From Lama guanicoe (taxonomy: Eukaryota), in NCBI GenBank assembly GCA_013239625.1, contig MU054338.1, positions 3,681,371-3,745,370 on the forward strand: a stretch of DNA of 64,000 nucleotides, given 5' to 3'. Both the position numbers and the translations under genes were made by a program. Shown piece after piece: positions 37,531-48,193 of this stretch (its first letter is position 1; each line of letters begins with the position of its first letter). A model generated the notes under the pieces. The model worked only from the letters and a program-made list of their open reading frames with translations. It was not told the origin of the DNA and ran no database searches.

Positions 37531-38514
37531 GTAGGTAACTTGGCAGTGTATCTAGAATGTACCCTGAAAGCAGTAATTCCTCTGATATCTTAGTAGTTGA
37601 TAAGTTTTATATTTGGAATTAAGTTCTCCTTTTGATGCCAGTCCAGTTAGAATGGTGGCTAATCCAGTCACATATAAACATCAGGTGATTCTGAAAACAT
37701 ACTTTGCTTCAGTGAAAAGTGTCTCATGAGGTACATGAGTATATACTATCCAGTTGTATAACATGGCATTAAACACTTTGAGGACATTACTCTAGACCTT
37801 CCTATTATAGGAGATTGGTCTAGGGTGTAACAGCTGGGATGCCTTGAACATACCAAAATAGAGATTGAAAGTTTGTCTTTTCCTGTCAACTGATTGATAC
37901 CCTCCTAGTCAATCTTTAACATTAAGCTTTGATACTGTTTTTAAAGCCTTAGCTTTTTTTCATGTTAGAAACAAATCCAGTGTATGATACCATTAGGTGG
38001 GTATTTATTGAATTGTATCTGCCAGGCATAGGCATTCTTTTCTTTAATCCTTTTAACGACTGTGATATGTAGATGTTGTTATGCCCACTTTACAGCTGGG
38101 GAGATTGAAGAGTAATGTAGTGAAGACATACCTTTAGGCAACATACAGTTCATACAAGAATAAGAATTAATACCAGGCTAATTCCAGAGTCCTTACACTT
38201 AACTTATACACCACATTGTCTTGGTGCCATTAATTTACTAGATTATTGGTGGGGAGGGGGGTTTACTAGATTATTTCTGCAAGGATGATTTTTTTGTCAG
38301 GTGGACAGAAAAGGCAATGAAAAATAGAAGCCGTGAGGCATCTTTGTAGGAATTCTTAGGGGTTGGTCCCAGGGAAGCACCTCATTTTCATAGTGCTCCT
38401 CCAGTCTTTTGCAGAGTGTCTCCCAAGTAGGCTCAGTAATGATTAAATAACTAATTTTAGTAATGGTTAAATAACTGAGTTTGCAGTAATTTAGGAGTGA
38501 ATGGGATTGACTAG

Positions 38515-38620
38515 ACATCTGTCACTTAACTTGCTGTGTGGCCTTGGGCAAGTTACTTAACCTCTCTGAGCCTCATTTGTAAAAATGGTAGGTTTGGGGA
38601 GGACTAAATGGATGAATGTT
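38515..38620 (+). mobile_element. MIR SINE fragment
   Basis: MIR core CTGTGTGGCCTTGGGCAAGTTACTTAACCTCTCTGAGCCTC. Confidence 0.75.
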
Positions 38621-38674
38621 TATTGCTAGTTTAGAGCAGAAAGTCAGACTGGCTTTCTGATTTATTAGATCACA

Positions 38675-38815
38675 GACATGCCTATTTGTGACAATTATCT
38701 GTGGCTGATTTCTGGATACAACAGCAGAGTGAAGTAGTCATGACAGACCAGTTGGCCTACAAAACTTAAAATATGCACTATCTGGCCTTTAACAGAAAAA
38801 GTTTGCTGGCCACAG
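38675..38815 (+). mobile_element. MER58-like hAT element
   Basis: CTATCTGGCCTTTAACAGAAAAAGTTTGCTG end motif. Confidence 0.65.
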
Positions 38816-40011
38816 CTTAGAGCAGTGCCTAGCATATAGCAAGCACCATAGGGTTCTTGCTACTGTTGGTATATTTCTTACGACTTTCAGTAATATAGTT
38901 ACTATTCCTTTATAGCCATCTCAGTGAACTAAGCACGTCTACGTGGATTAAAATAACCTCCAAGGCAGAAGCAAAAATAAGGCAGGGCGCAGAATAATGT
39001 GCTACTAATCATGTAGATGGAAGGGAGATGATCTTTGACACGCGCATGTGCCCATGCTCTTGTGAACATGCGTAGACTGTCTCAAGATGGTTGCATCAGG
39101 GAAGGAAGGAGTGGTGCCAGGTGGTGTCCCAGTCAAGTAAAAGTGATAGCAATACATTTGACACAACATTGTAAAATGATTATAAATCAATAAAAAATGT
39201 TAAAAAAAAAATACACACGCACACACACACACAAAAAAGTAATAGCAATACATGCTCATTATAAAATATTTTAAGAATATCTCCCCCCCATAAAATCATC
39301 ATTCAGGGCTTTATAGCAGTCTGTCATGTTGGATCACAGAACAATGATGTTATGATCCCCCTTTCTGTGAGAAATCCCTCACCTTACTGGGCAGAGCCCA
39401 CCTCTTAGAATCGAAGCTCAACATACCAGTTATTCTTCCCCTGCAGGTGGGGCAATGATGGGTCACCTGGGCTTTGCCAGTCCTGTGCTCCTGTCCCCAC
39501 ACTCATTTTGGAAGTTGACGATACAAGGAGGCAGGGTTCTCAGAGACTCCATTCCACTCTGGGCAGTAGCTGCACAGAGTCAGTAGCATCCAGGCTTGGG
39601 GAAACTGTGGTGGCCACGGAAATCTGAGAGTCCATTCTGCAGTGAGATTGTAAATGTTCCTGATGGAGCAGCCCCCACACCTGGTGTTCCAGTCCCCTTG
39701 GAGAGTCTGTGTGCTACCCAATTGTAATCTCTTTTTGCTTAAGTTAGACTTTTGTTTCTCTTTGTTTGGTTTGCATCTTGGAATCCACACTGATAGCATT
39801 TTAGTGGGTTTCCTGGACTGTCTGCAGGTATATGTTTACATACAGCATTTCTTTCAGTTAAGGTAGAATCACGCTATAATATTGTTTTGATTCCCACGCT
39901 GTATTTAGAATTTCATCATAAATGACTTTTCATGGCTATAATTTTTCATTTTATAGATGTACTGTTTTGTGACATTGATGTAATAAATTCTGTTCTTCAT
40001 TGATTTTACAG

Positions 40012-40074
40012 GTGGAGGACAAAGAAACTATAAACAATTTAGATACTTCATCATCTGACTTCACTATATTACAG
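40012..40074 (+). CDS. SAFB: SAFB coding exon 5
   Basis: VEDKETINNLDTSSSDFTILQ; 63 nt. Confidence 0.93.
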
Positions 40075-41539
40075 GTAAATTGTCATACGTCTCAATAATT
40101 TTTGAATCAGAGGCTAGACTACAGTTTCTGGAAGCCATTTCAGGCGTTGTGTGTCAGTTCCCAGCTAAAAGTGGTGGCAAGGTTTGTTTCCTTTATCAGC
40201 ATCTTTAGAGGGAGTTTTGCTTTTTACTTTCCCCAAATACAAGGTGAAAGGGACTCACTGTCTTGGCTTCCCTTCCAAGCACTGTGGCTTCCTTGCAGCT
40301 GAGAGGAGGGCATGTTTGGGGCATTCTTGTTAATTTGATGGCTGGGAGAAAGGTATGGCCTGTTGGATCTGCTCTGGATAGCATCCTCTGCAGAAAGACT
40401 GTTAGGTGAGACATGAGGTGGCGAGCGGAGAGATGAAAGGGGCCCAGATGAGGATTCAGGGGTGGGGGCGGCTGGCACATGGACATCACAGTTGGGGAAG
40501 GTGGAGTCTCAGGGGTTCTGGTTCTGCCTTTGGGAAATTTTTCTCAGAAAGTGCACAGATTTCTTTTGGTGACTATATCGTCTTGGCTGTTTGACTACCA
40601 TCTGTTTAAAAAAAAATTAAGTCTTGGATGAGAACAAATGAAATGTGGACTAACCTCAGGCGTGGTCTGCGTGACTGTAACGCTGGGCTTCCTCTCCCTC
40701 TTTCTCGCAGCCTATGTAGATGTGAACTGTTGGAATAAACCTGAGTAGCTAATTTTCAATAGAAACTTTTGTGAGGAAATGGAATAGAGTCAGCTTATGC
40801 CAGTCCTTATGTTTTTGTTTGTTTGTTTAATAATGCCATCTATGCTGCTTAATTAGAAATCACTTTTCAGACAAGATCTTCATTTGCTTCTGCCAGGCAG
40901 GGGCAAGGTTTGTTATTGGAGAGCCAGAACCCCACCCTCAAGGAGGGTGCTAATCTCAAGAAAATTTGGTAAAACCTGGTTCACCTTTAGGGCTGATGTC
41001 TCTCTCTAGCTGCAAAGTGACACAGCCCATTCCTGACTCATAAAGGAAAGGAGGAGTGGGTCTTGTCATTTACTTGAGTGTCTTTCTAGGTCAAAGACTC
41101 TTAGGTTAAAATGGACGCTTTATATAACCAACCAACCAGGACCCACCCCTGGCCAGACAAGTAGGAACATATGCATTTCTCTCTAGGGAAAGTTAAGGAG
41201 TGAAGTGTTCCACCTAAAATGATCATTTTCTTCAGAGTAGAATCTTTAATTCCTAGCATGAAATGAAAAAAAAAATTACAAATAAATGAAACTGAGGAAA
41301 GTGAACATTTTCCAAGGGCTTCCCAGAATGGCTGGTCAGTTCCCAGTGGAAGATGCAAACCATTCACATCCATTTAACGGGTATATGCTGAGCACCTGTG
41401 ATGTGTCAGGTGTGGATACATCGCTGAGATGAGTGAGAAGAAAGGACTGTCTTCGTCCTCACAGGACCCATCCTTCCTACATAAACGGAGTGTTGAGAAG
41501 ATGCCTAGACTTATGCAGACTCCCACAGCCTTTGCTCAA

Positions 41540-41715
41540 CTCTTGGCTCTGCTGTGTGCCCTTCAGCAAGCTTATCAACCACTCTGTGCTTGTTTTCCTA
41601 ATCTGTGAGAAGGGAAATACTAATAGCAATTTGCTAGGGCTGTGTGATGATTGCATAATATATATTTGTAAGGTGCTTAAATTTGTGCCTGGAACCTAGT
41701 CAGTGCTTATCCATG
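41540..41715 (+). mobile_element. MIR SINE fragment
   Basis: CTGTGTGCCCTTCAGCAAG...CTCTGTGCTTG...TGTAAGGTGCTTA...GTGCCTGG. Confidence 0.65.
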
Positions 41716-42544
41716 TTGGCTGGAATTCCAGAATAATGCACCTTGTACAGAGGGAACATAGGGGCCAGGGACCACGTATTAAGAGAAAGTCCCTTCCTTT
41801 AGTGGGGCAGCCTGTGAAGCCATTAGGAGAAGCCTTTCTATGAGGAGCTGGCCCCTGAGTTAAATGCTGAGGGAGGTATAGGACTTGGCCAGCGGCAGGG
41901 ATGAGATGCAGGTGGGTCTGTTGGGGAGGGAGGTGGGAATGGAAAGGGATAGTGAAACCGAACACTACTATAGGTGAGGAATAGCAATGCTGTAAATCGA
42001 CAGAGCTTCCTGGGGAAGGTTTGAGGGATATTTAGGAATGAGAGCTAGCCTGGTGGGTTGCTGGTTGGAAGAGATAAGGGAGGAGGCCTGTGTAATCTGG
42101 GAGAGGGCCCAGTTGACCAGGTGGGCTGGGGTGGTTCCATCCTGCAAAATAAGAACAGGGGTCAAGCTGCCTGTGCTTTCTTTCCCTTGGTCTTTTGAAT
42201 TTTCAGAAACTGATGCAACATTAATTAAGTGGGAAAATGATTATCTGATATGTGTCAGGCATTCTAACAGACACTAAAAGTGGAAAGATGAAAACATTAC
42301 TCTCCTTGCATTTAAGAGTTCAGTTTAAAGGACAGACAAGCATTAAAAGTGGTAATGTTGCCAGGCACTGGGAAAAATAGCAAAGCAAACAATAGCAAAC
42401 ATGCACACCAGGCCCTTTGAGAGCAGCCTGGGATGTGGGATTGGGCTAAGGTGAATGAGGTGGAATGACAGCTGTGTGGGCGCTTCCCCTGAACAAGCAG
42501 GTCCTCCATCTGTTTCATTTGTGAGGTTCTTAGTCTGTGTTTTT

Positions 42545-42623
42545 AATGGAGGGACTGGGGATTGAACCCAGGACCTTGTGCATGCTAAGTATGTGCTCTA
42601 CCCCTGAGCTATTTCCACCCCCC
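42545..42623 (-). mobile_element. tRNA-derived SINE with ~16-bp TSD
   Basis: Flanked by direct repeat TAGTCTGTGTTTTTAA; ends ~105 nt upstream of SAFB microexon 6. Confidence 0.88.
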
Positions 42624-42729
42624 TAGTCTGTGTTTTTAAAAGCCCCTTCTTCGTTATTACAGTTTTGGGTATAAATAAATTCTGAGTTTCATCCATCTGG
42701 CACAATCTTATTTATGTTTTTTGTTGCAG

Positions 42730-42757
42730 GAAATTGAAGAGCCATCCTTGGAGCCAG
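42730..42757 (+). CDS. SAFB: SAFB coding exon 6 (28-nt microexon)
   Basis: EIEEPSLEP; TTGCAG acceptor, GTACTG donor. Confidence 0.91.
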
Positions 42758-43481
42758 GTACTGTTAAATGAAAGACTTACCAGCGGGGGTTTGGAACCAT
42801 TCTAGTTTTCCACCTTTTCTAATTTGAATTCTTTAATTTTAAAAAGTTACCTTACTGTAGTATACATTGTTCTAAAGGTTTACGATCCAGAACATACCAG
42901 GATCATAGAGATTGGAAACCCAGCCATATCACCAGATCTGTGAAAGTGGCTAACTTCTCATTATGCAAAATGTATTGGTGAGATGAAACTATCTCATGCC
43001 TTGTTAAATGTCAGTGGCACTTAAACTTACGTAGAGAGAGTTTTGCATGTCTCTCAAGAGCTAATCCCTCTGTACCCCACAAAACAGATCTTGTGATATT
43101 GGGCAGTATCTTAACTTTGTGGTTTTTAATTCAGGCAGTGCAGGCAGTGGTAGGGAGATACGTTTTAAAACATTGAGACATAACTGGATTCCAGAAGAGG
43201 AAAGAGTTTCTTCATGAGAATTCCAAACAAATACTATTCACTTTCTGGACTGCAAATATCTCAGAGCACCGATGGAAGAGATTCTGGTTTTCATGTTGGA
43301 CTGTTCTGTTAAAAGAAATTCAAAGAAATTTGGAAATTGAGCTGTTCAGTGAATGGTGATACATTGAGTTAAGCAACTTGGACTTTGGAAGCTAAATTTG
43401 GAAGAGTCATATATAACCGACGACAGAATGAAGACTGTCAAGAATCAGCCAGAAGGTTTTGGGGGTTAAATCTCTGGGATG

Positions 43482-44158
43482 CTTTTCTCTTCCATGTAGC
43501 GTAGAGGCTTACTCTAGCAGTCGGTTGGAGAGCAGGTAGTGTAACCAGTGTAACTTTGTGTACCCGCGGGTTTTCCAATCTCTGTGTAGCTAGCAGTTCT
43601 CTTCGTGTTAGTGTGGCAGCCGTGCCAGTTCCGCATTTGTGATTGCTTTATTTCCCTGGTAATTAAACCTTGTGCCATTCTATTCCTGTTAAATCCGTAG
43701 AAAATGAGAAAATACTCGACATTTTGGGGGAAACTTGTAAATCTGAGCCAGTAAAAGAAGAAGGTTCCGAGCTGGAGCAGCCATTTGCACAGGATACAAG
43801 TAGCGTGGGGCCAGACAGAAAGCTTGCGGAGGAAGAGGACCTTTTTGGCAGCGCCCATCCGGAGGAGGGTGATTTAGATTTGGCCAGCGAGTCAACAGCA
43901 CAAGCTCAGTCGAGCAAGGCAGACACCCTGTTAGCGGTAGTGAAAAGGGAGCCCGTGGAGCAGACAGGCGATGGCGCGAGGACGGACTGTGAGCCTGTAG
44001 GGCTAGAGAAGCCAGTTGAGCAGAGTAGTAAAGCCCCAGAGAAGACCAGACGTATCTCCTTTTCATTGGTCGTTTAATGACACACATAAGCTGTTTGTTC
44101 TGCAATTGGCCAGCCAGACTGATGCAATTGTAGTTTACTTCTAAAGAATGTTTTATTT
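43482..44158. repeat. Right arm of near-identical inverted repeat (partner 14328-15194), with ~190-bp internal deletion
   Basis: 43482-44041 matches 15194-14635 (560 bp); 44043-44158 matches 14444-14328 apart from a 1-nt gap. Confidence 0.95.
43701..44041 (+). CDS. SAFB: SAFB coding exon 7, truncated in this sequence (3' ~170 nt and donor missing)
   Basis: Identical to SAFB2 exon 7 from ENEKILD to SSKAPE, then jumps into sequence matching SAFB2 intron 7; read-through stops at TAA 44075-44077. Confidence 0.85.
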
Positions 44159-44445
44159 CTCTTTGTTTATTTTAAACTGATTACATAATCTTTGTTCTTT
44201 TCTCAACCTATTATGGTTGTTTTCTTTAATTCTTCCTAATTATCTTTAGCCCAGCAGAATTAATTAACTCCTGTGGGTCTGAAATCTTATGGTTAGGTCA
44301 GATTTCCAATACACGTTTGTCGGGGTGTCATTTTTTCAGAACTAAATTTCGGGTAGGTATGCAACCTCAGCACGTATTTTATGATTTTTGAGTTTGTTTC
44401 CTCTCTGCTTCTTCCTTCTGGAGTGACACTATCTTTTGTCTCTAG

Positions 44446-44495
44446 TTCTGTCGAAGATGACTCGGATACAAAGAGGCTTTCCAAAGAGGAAAAGG
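44446..44495 (+). CDS. SAFB: SAFB coding exon 8
   Basis: SVEDDSDTKRLSKEEK; 50 nt, same size as SAFB2 exon 8. Confidence 0.9.
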
Positions 44496-45291
44496 GTAGG
44501 TTAGCGTGGCGGCACCATCCCCGGGAGTGTGTTTGGTCTCAGCAGCGGCAGGGTGTTTGGTTCTAGTTCATCACCACCGCGTTTCTGGCCTGTGAGCTTG
44601 TCTTGAAGCCGTTCTCCACTCCTGCCCCTCACTGCAGGTTCTGGATTGCAGGGCAGAGTTGACGCGTTGATTTGATGCGGGCAGTTGATTTTGCCGAAGC
44701 ACTTTGAGCTCATTCTTCCTGACTGACCCTCTTACCAAATTCCTTAGCCAGTGACACTTGCAGATGGAAAAAAAATGCTTTGAATTTCAGATATCTTGGG
44801 TTTGGTATTTCAGATTTATCAACACCATAGCCCTTTATTAAATTACTGATTGAGAAGCAGTTTTGCTGGTCCAGATTCCCCCTTAATCAGTGTTCTACAA
44901 AGAACAAAAACTGGGGGTAGATTGTACACTATTGTATTTTGCAAGAAACAGAAGCACCTGAAGTGGTTCTAGAGTGACAGCAGTTGTCTTGTGTTCCAGC
45001 GTCACCTCCCTGGGTTGGGTAATGCCATTTTAGTAACTCGCAGACTCTCCCCTGGGCCTAACAGCCCTGGACTCACCATTGTTAAGTGGTGTTGTTGGCA
45101 GTCCTGTCAGCCTAGCATGCCGTTCCAGAAGTCGTGTGAAGACAGCTGGCCGGACCCCCGCACCCCAGCTAGGTCTCGGTCTGCTGGCCTCTGGGACAAG
45201 TAGGGAAAGTCTGGTTTCAAATGATTTTAAGCCTTAAGACTCAGCATCTTAAAAGTGTCATGGTTTTGATCAGAGCTTTCTTTTGAAATAG

Positions 45292-45386
45292 GTCGTAGCA
45301 GTTGTGGTAGAAACTTCTGGGTTAGTGGACTTTCTTCTACCACCAGAGCTACAGATTTGAAGAATCTTTTCAGCAAGTACGGGAAG
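45292..45386 (+). CDS. SAFB: SAFB coding exon 9 (RRM N-half)
   Basis: [31 protein letters not shown]; 95 nt. Confidence 0.96.
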
Positions 45387-47183
45387 GTAAGACCAGGGGT
45401 CTTCTGGATGTTTCTAAGCCCATGCAGTACGTGCACTCTGTGAAGACTTTGAGTGACACCATGCCTTCTTTGAACATACATTTGCTCGTGGCCTGTGGGG
45501 GCTCTGCCCGCCACAGGGAGAGGTGAGAGGCCTCTGGGAGCTCCCAGAGCCCATATCCACTTTGCAGTTCTTACCCGGCCCCTAAGCTACCACTCCAATT
45601 TGATTGCTTCCTGACTCCGTTTCTGTAGCTTCAGGCCTTGAACCCAGGAAGGACTTAGAGGGCTGAAGCAAAGGGCAGGGTGGGAGGTGCTATCAGTGTT
45701 TTCATCAGACAGTGGTGACTACAGAACACGAGTGAAGCTGTGGCTAAGGGTTACAGAAAAGGCCTGGAGCCAGACCCGTGTGGGCAACTAAAGGCACCGG
45801 CTCTGCCACTCAGACGGTTGTTGGCCAGGAATGTCGCCTTCCCCATGGGAGCCTCGTCGCTACACCTGGCGGCCCTCAGAGTTGCTGCTTCCTTGCAGTG
45901 GTGTGTATAACTGTGGCTGCGCTGCTGGTGCCCTGCCCCATGGTGGTCTCCTCACCTGCCTTCACCTCCAGCTGGGGCTACCTCTTCTCTCTCATACCTG
46001 CCTGTCTTCCTCCCTCCTCAGCCCGGGAATGGTGGTCGTGGTGGACAGACGCCTGCTGCAGTTCCCTGTGTCTTAGGGCGCCTGTGGTGGCTTTCCTCCC
46101 TCCTCTTTTCTCACCTTCCCCCTTGCTCGCCGTGCTTCCTGGGCTCACCTCCCAGATAAACTGCTGCACCCGTGGCTCCTTGTCTCAGAGTCCGCTTTTG
46201 CCAAGTGAGGGTTTAGCACAGGCTCTCGTTCATAATAAGGGCTCAGCAATGAACCCAACCAACATGATTGACCTTGGTTGTTGATGTTCAGGAACTAACA
46301 AGGAAAACTAAATGTGACATGTTTCTTGAAATAACGCATGACTCCCTGGGCCGTGGTAACACAAGTAATGCAAGATGGGGCCCTTTTCTTGATTCTGCTG
46401 TGGCCCTTAGAGTAGATGGGTGCTCTCAGCAGGAAGTTGTCAGCCTGGAGCCTGCAGTGTCTGGGGTGCATTGCAGGCTTCACGTGGCTTGAGTAGGGGA
46501 CCAGACCACTGTGAAAGCTTACCCTGGGTATAAGACTCCTTATGGCATAATGAGGATGAACACAAGCTTCAGCCAGTGGCTCCTGTGGGACTTGTGAGCT
46601 GTGGTGCCTTCTGGCATAAGAGGGCGTCCCTAACTTCAGCTTGTTGTGCTTGTTGGGAGAATTAAGTAGCATCTGAAGGTGTATCTGTAGTGCCTGAAAC
46701 ATCTCCTTGAATTTTAATATTCTTAATAGTAGGATGGGCTCTCTGTTCCAGAGTGCACTTCATAAACCTGTCCTTATGTCGATCTCTGCCCGTATATGTG
46801 TCTTCCTGCTTTACTGCCCACATGGGTAATCACATGTTCAGAATCATGTCTTCACAAGTTTTAGACAGTTAAAGGAATGCTGGCAGGACTCTGCCTTCCA
46901 CTTCACTTTCCTCGCTAGTCCTCTACACTGTCCTCCTGGTCCCCTAGAGGAACCGCCAGGACGGAGTAGGAGCAGCCAGTCACATTCCTTATCCACCCTA
47001 GTCTTCACCTGCCGTTTGTCAGGCACCCACTCTCGGCATCTCCCCCATGGGCCCTTGTCCCCGGGGGGTCGGGCCGGGAGGGCATAGGACGTGGGGTGGG
47101 TCAGAGGGAAGCAGCGTGACTGCACTGTCGGGTCTGGGGGGGGAGCTTTGTCTCCAAGCTTTGTTTGTGTGCTTTCCTTCAAG

Positions 47184-47333
47184 GTGGTGGGCGCCAAGGT
47201 TGTGACAAATGCCCGGAGTCCGGGAGCTCGCTGCTATGGCTTTGTTACCATGTCCACAGCAGAAGAGGCCACAAAATGCATTAACCACCTGCACAAAACA
47301 GAACTCCATGGGAAGATGATCTCAGTGGAAAAA
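47184..47333 (+). CDS. SAFB: SAFB coding exon 10 (RRM C-half)
   Basis: [50 protein letters not shown]; 150 nt. Confidence 0.97.
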
Positions 47334-47410
47334 GTAAGGGGCCATTTTCTTCTCAGGGTGTGACTGTCTTAGGAAATAAGGTGATGCTTCCACCTGATTT
47401 TCTTTTTCAG

Positions 47411-47493
47411 GCAAAAAATGAACCTGCTGGGAAGAAAACTTCTGACAAAAGAGAAGGGGAGGGGAAAAAAGAGAAGTCTAGCAACGCTGACAG
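47411..47493 (+). CDS. SAFB: SAFB coding exon 11
   Basis: [27 protein letters not shown]; 83 nt. Confidence 0.92.
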
Positions 47494-47810
47494 GTATTAT
47501 TCTTCCTGGTGGGATTGTGGCCAAGATAGCCCTCCTCTTCATCTCATGCCCCTTATGTCTTCCACAGATGGGCAAAGTTGTGAGGCCCTTGCCCCCTTCA
47601 CTTTTTCACATTTGCTGGAGGAATGTTTCACGACCACTCATGGGAGACGATCTCCTTACGCCAGTCCCTCTTCCAGGGCGCCTGTTCTCCCTCCTGTCGA
47701 GGCCTCCGCCTCACCACTCGATGCTTGTTGCAGGAGTCCAGCAGTGGCTGGTTTGCTTCCCTGAATTGCCCGTCTAACACTCTTCCATGTCCGGGGGTGT
47801 TATTTTCTAG

Positions 47811-47950
47811 GTCTGCAAACCTGAAGAGGGAAGACAAAGCCGACAGAAAAGATGATGCTAAAAAGGGTGAAGACGGGAGTGGAGAAAAGAGTAAAGATCA
47901 GGATGATCAGAAGCCTGGCCCCTCTGAGCGATCTCGAACCACAAAATCAG
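47811..47950 (+). CDS. SAFB: SAFB coding exon 12
   Basis: SANLKREDKADRKDDAKKGEDGSGEKSKDQDDQKPGPSERSRTTKS; 140 nt. Confidence 0.93.
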
Positions 47951-48104
47951 GTAGCTGCCCGGAGAGTGTGGGAGGTTTCACCTTGTGGTCTGTCCTGGCT
48001 GCTGTGGTTAGTTGGCAATGCAAACTGTGTTTCTTTTCCATGGAGTTGAGTATTTTTTCTCATTTGGAGGTGTCTCTTCTTACCTTGTTCCTTTCTTCCC
48101 ACAG

Positions 48105-48193
48105 GAAGTCGAGGAACTGAGCGGACTGTGGTGATGGATAAATCTAAAGGTGTACCTGTTATCAGTGTCAAAACATCAGGATCCAAAGAGAGA
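48105..48193 (+). CDS. SAFB: SAFB coding exon 13
   Basis: [29 protein letters not shown]; 89 nt. Confidence 0.94.
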
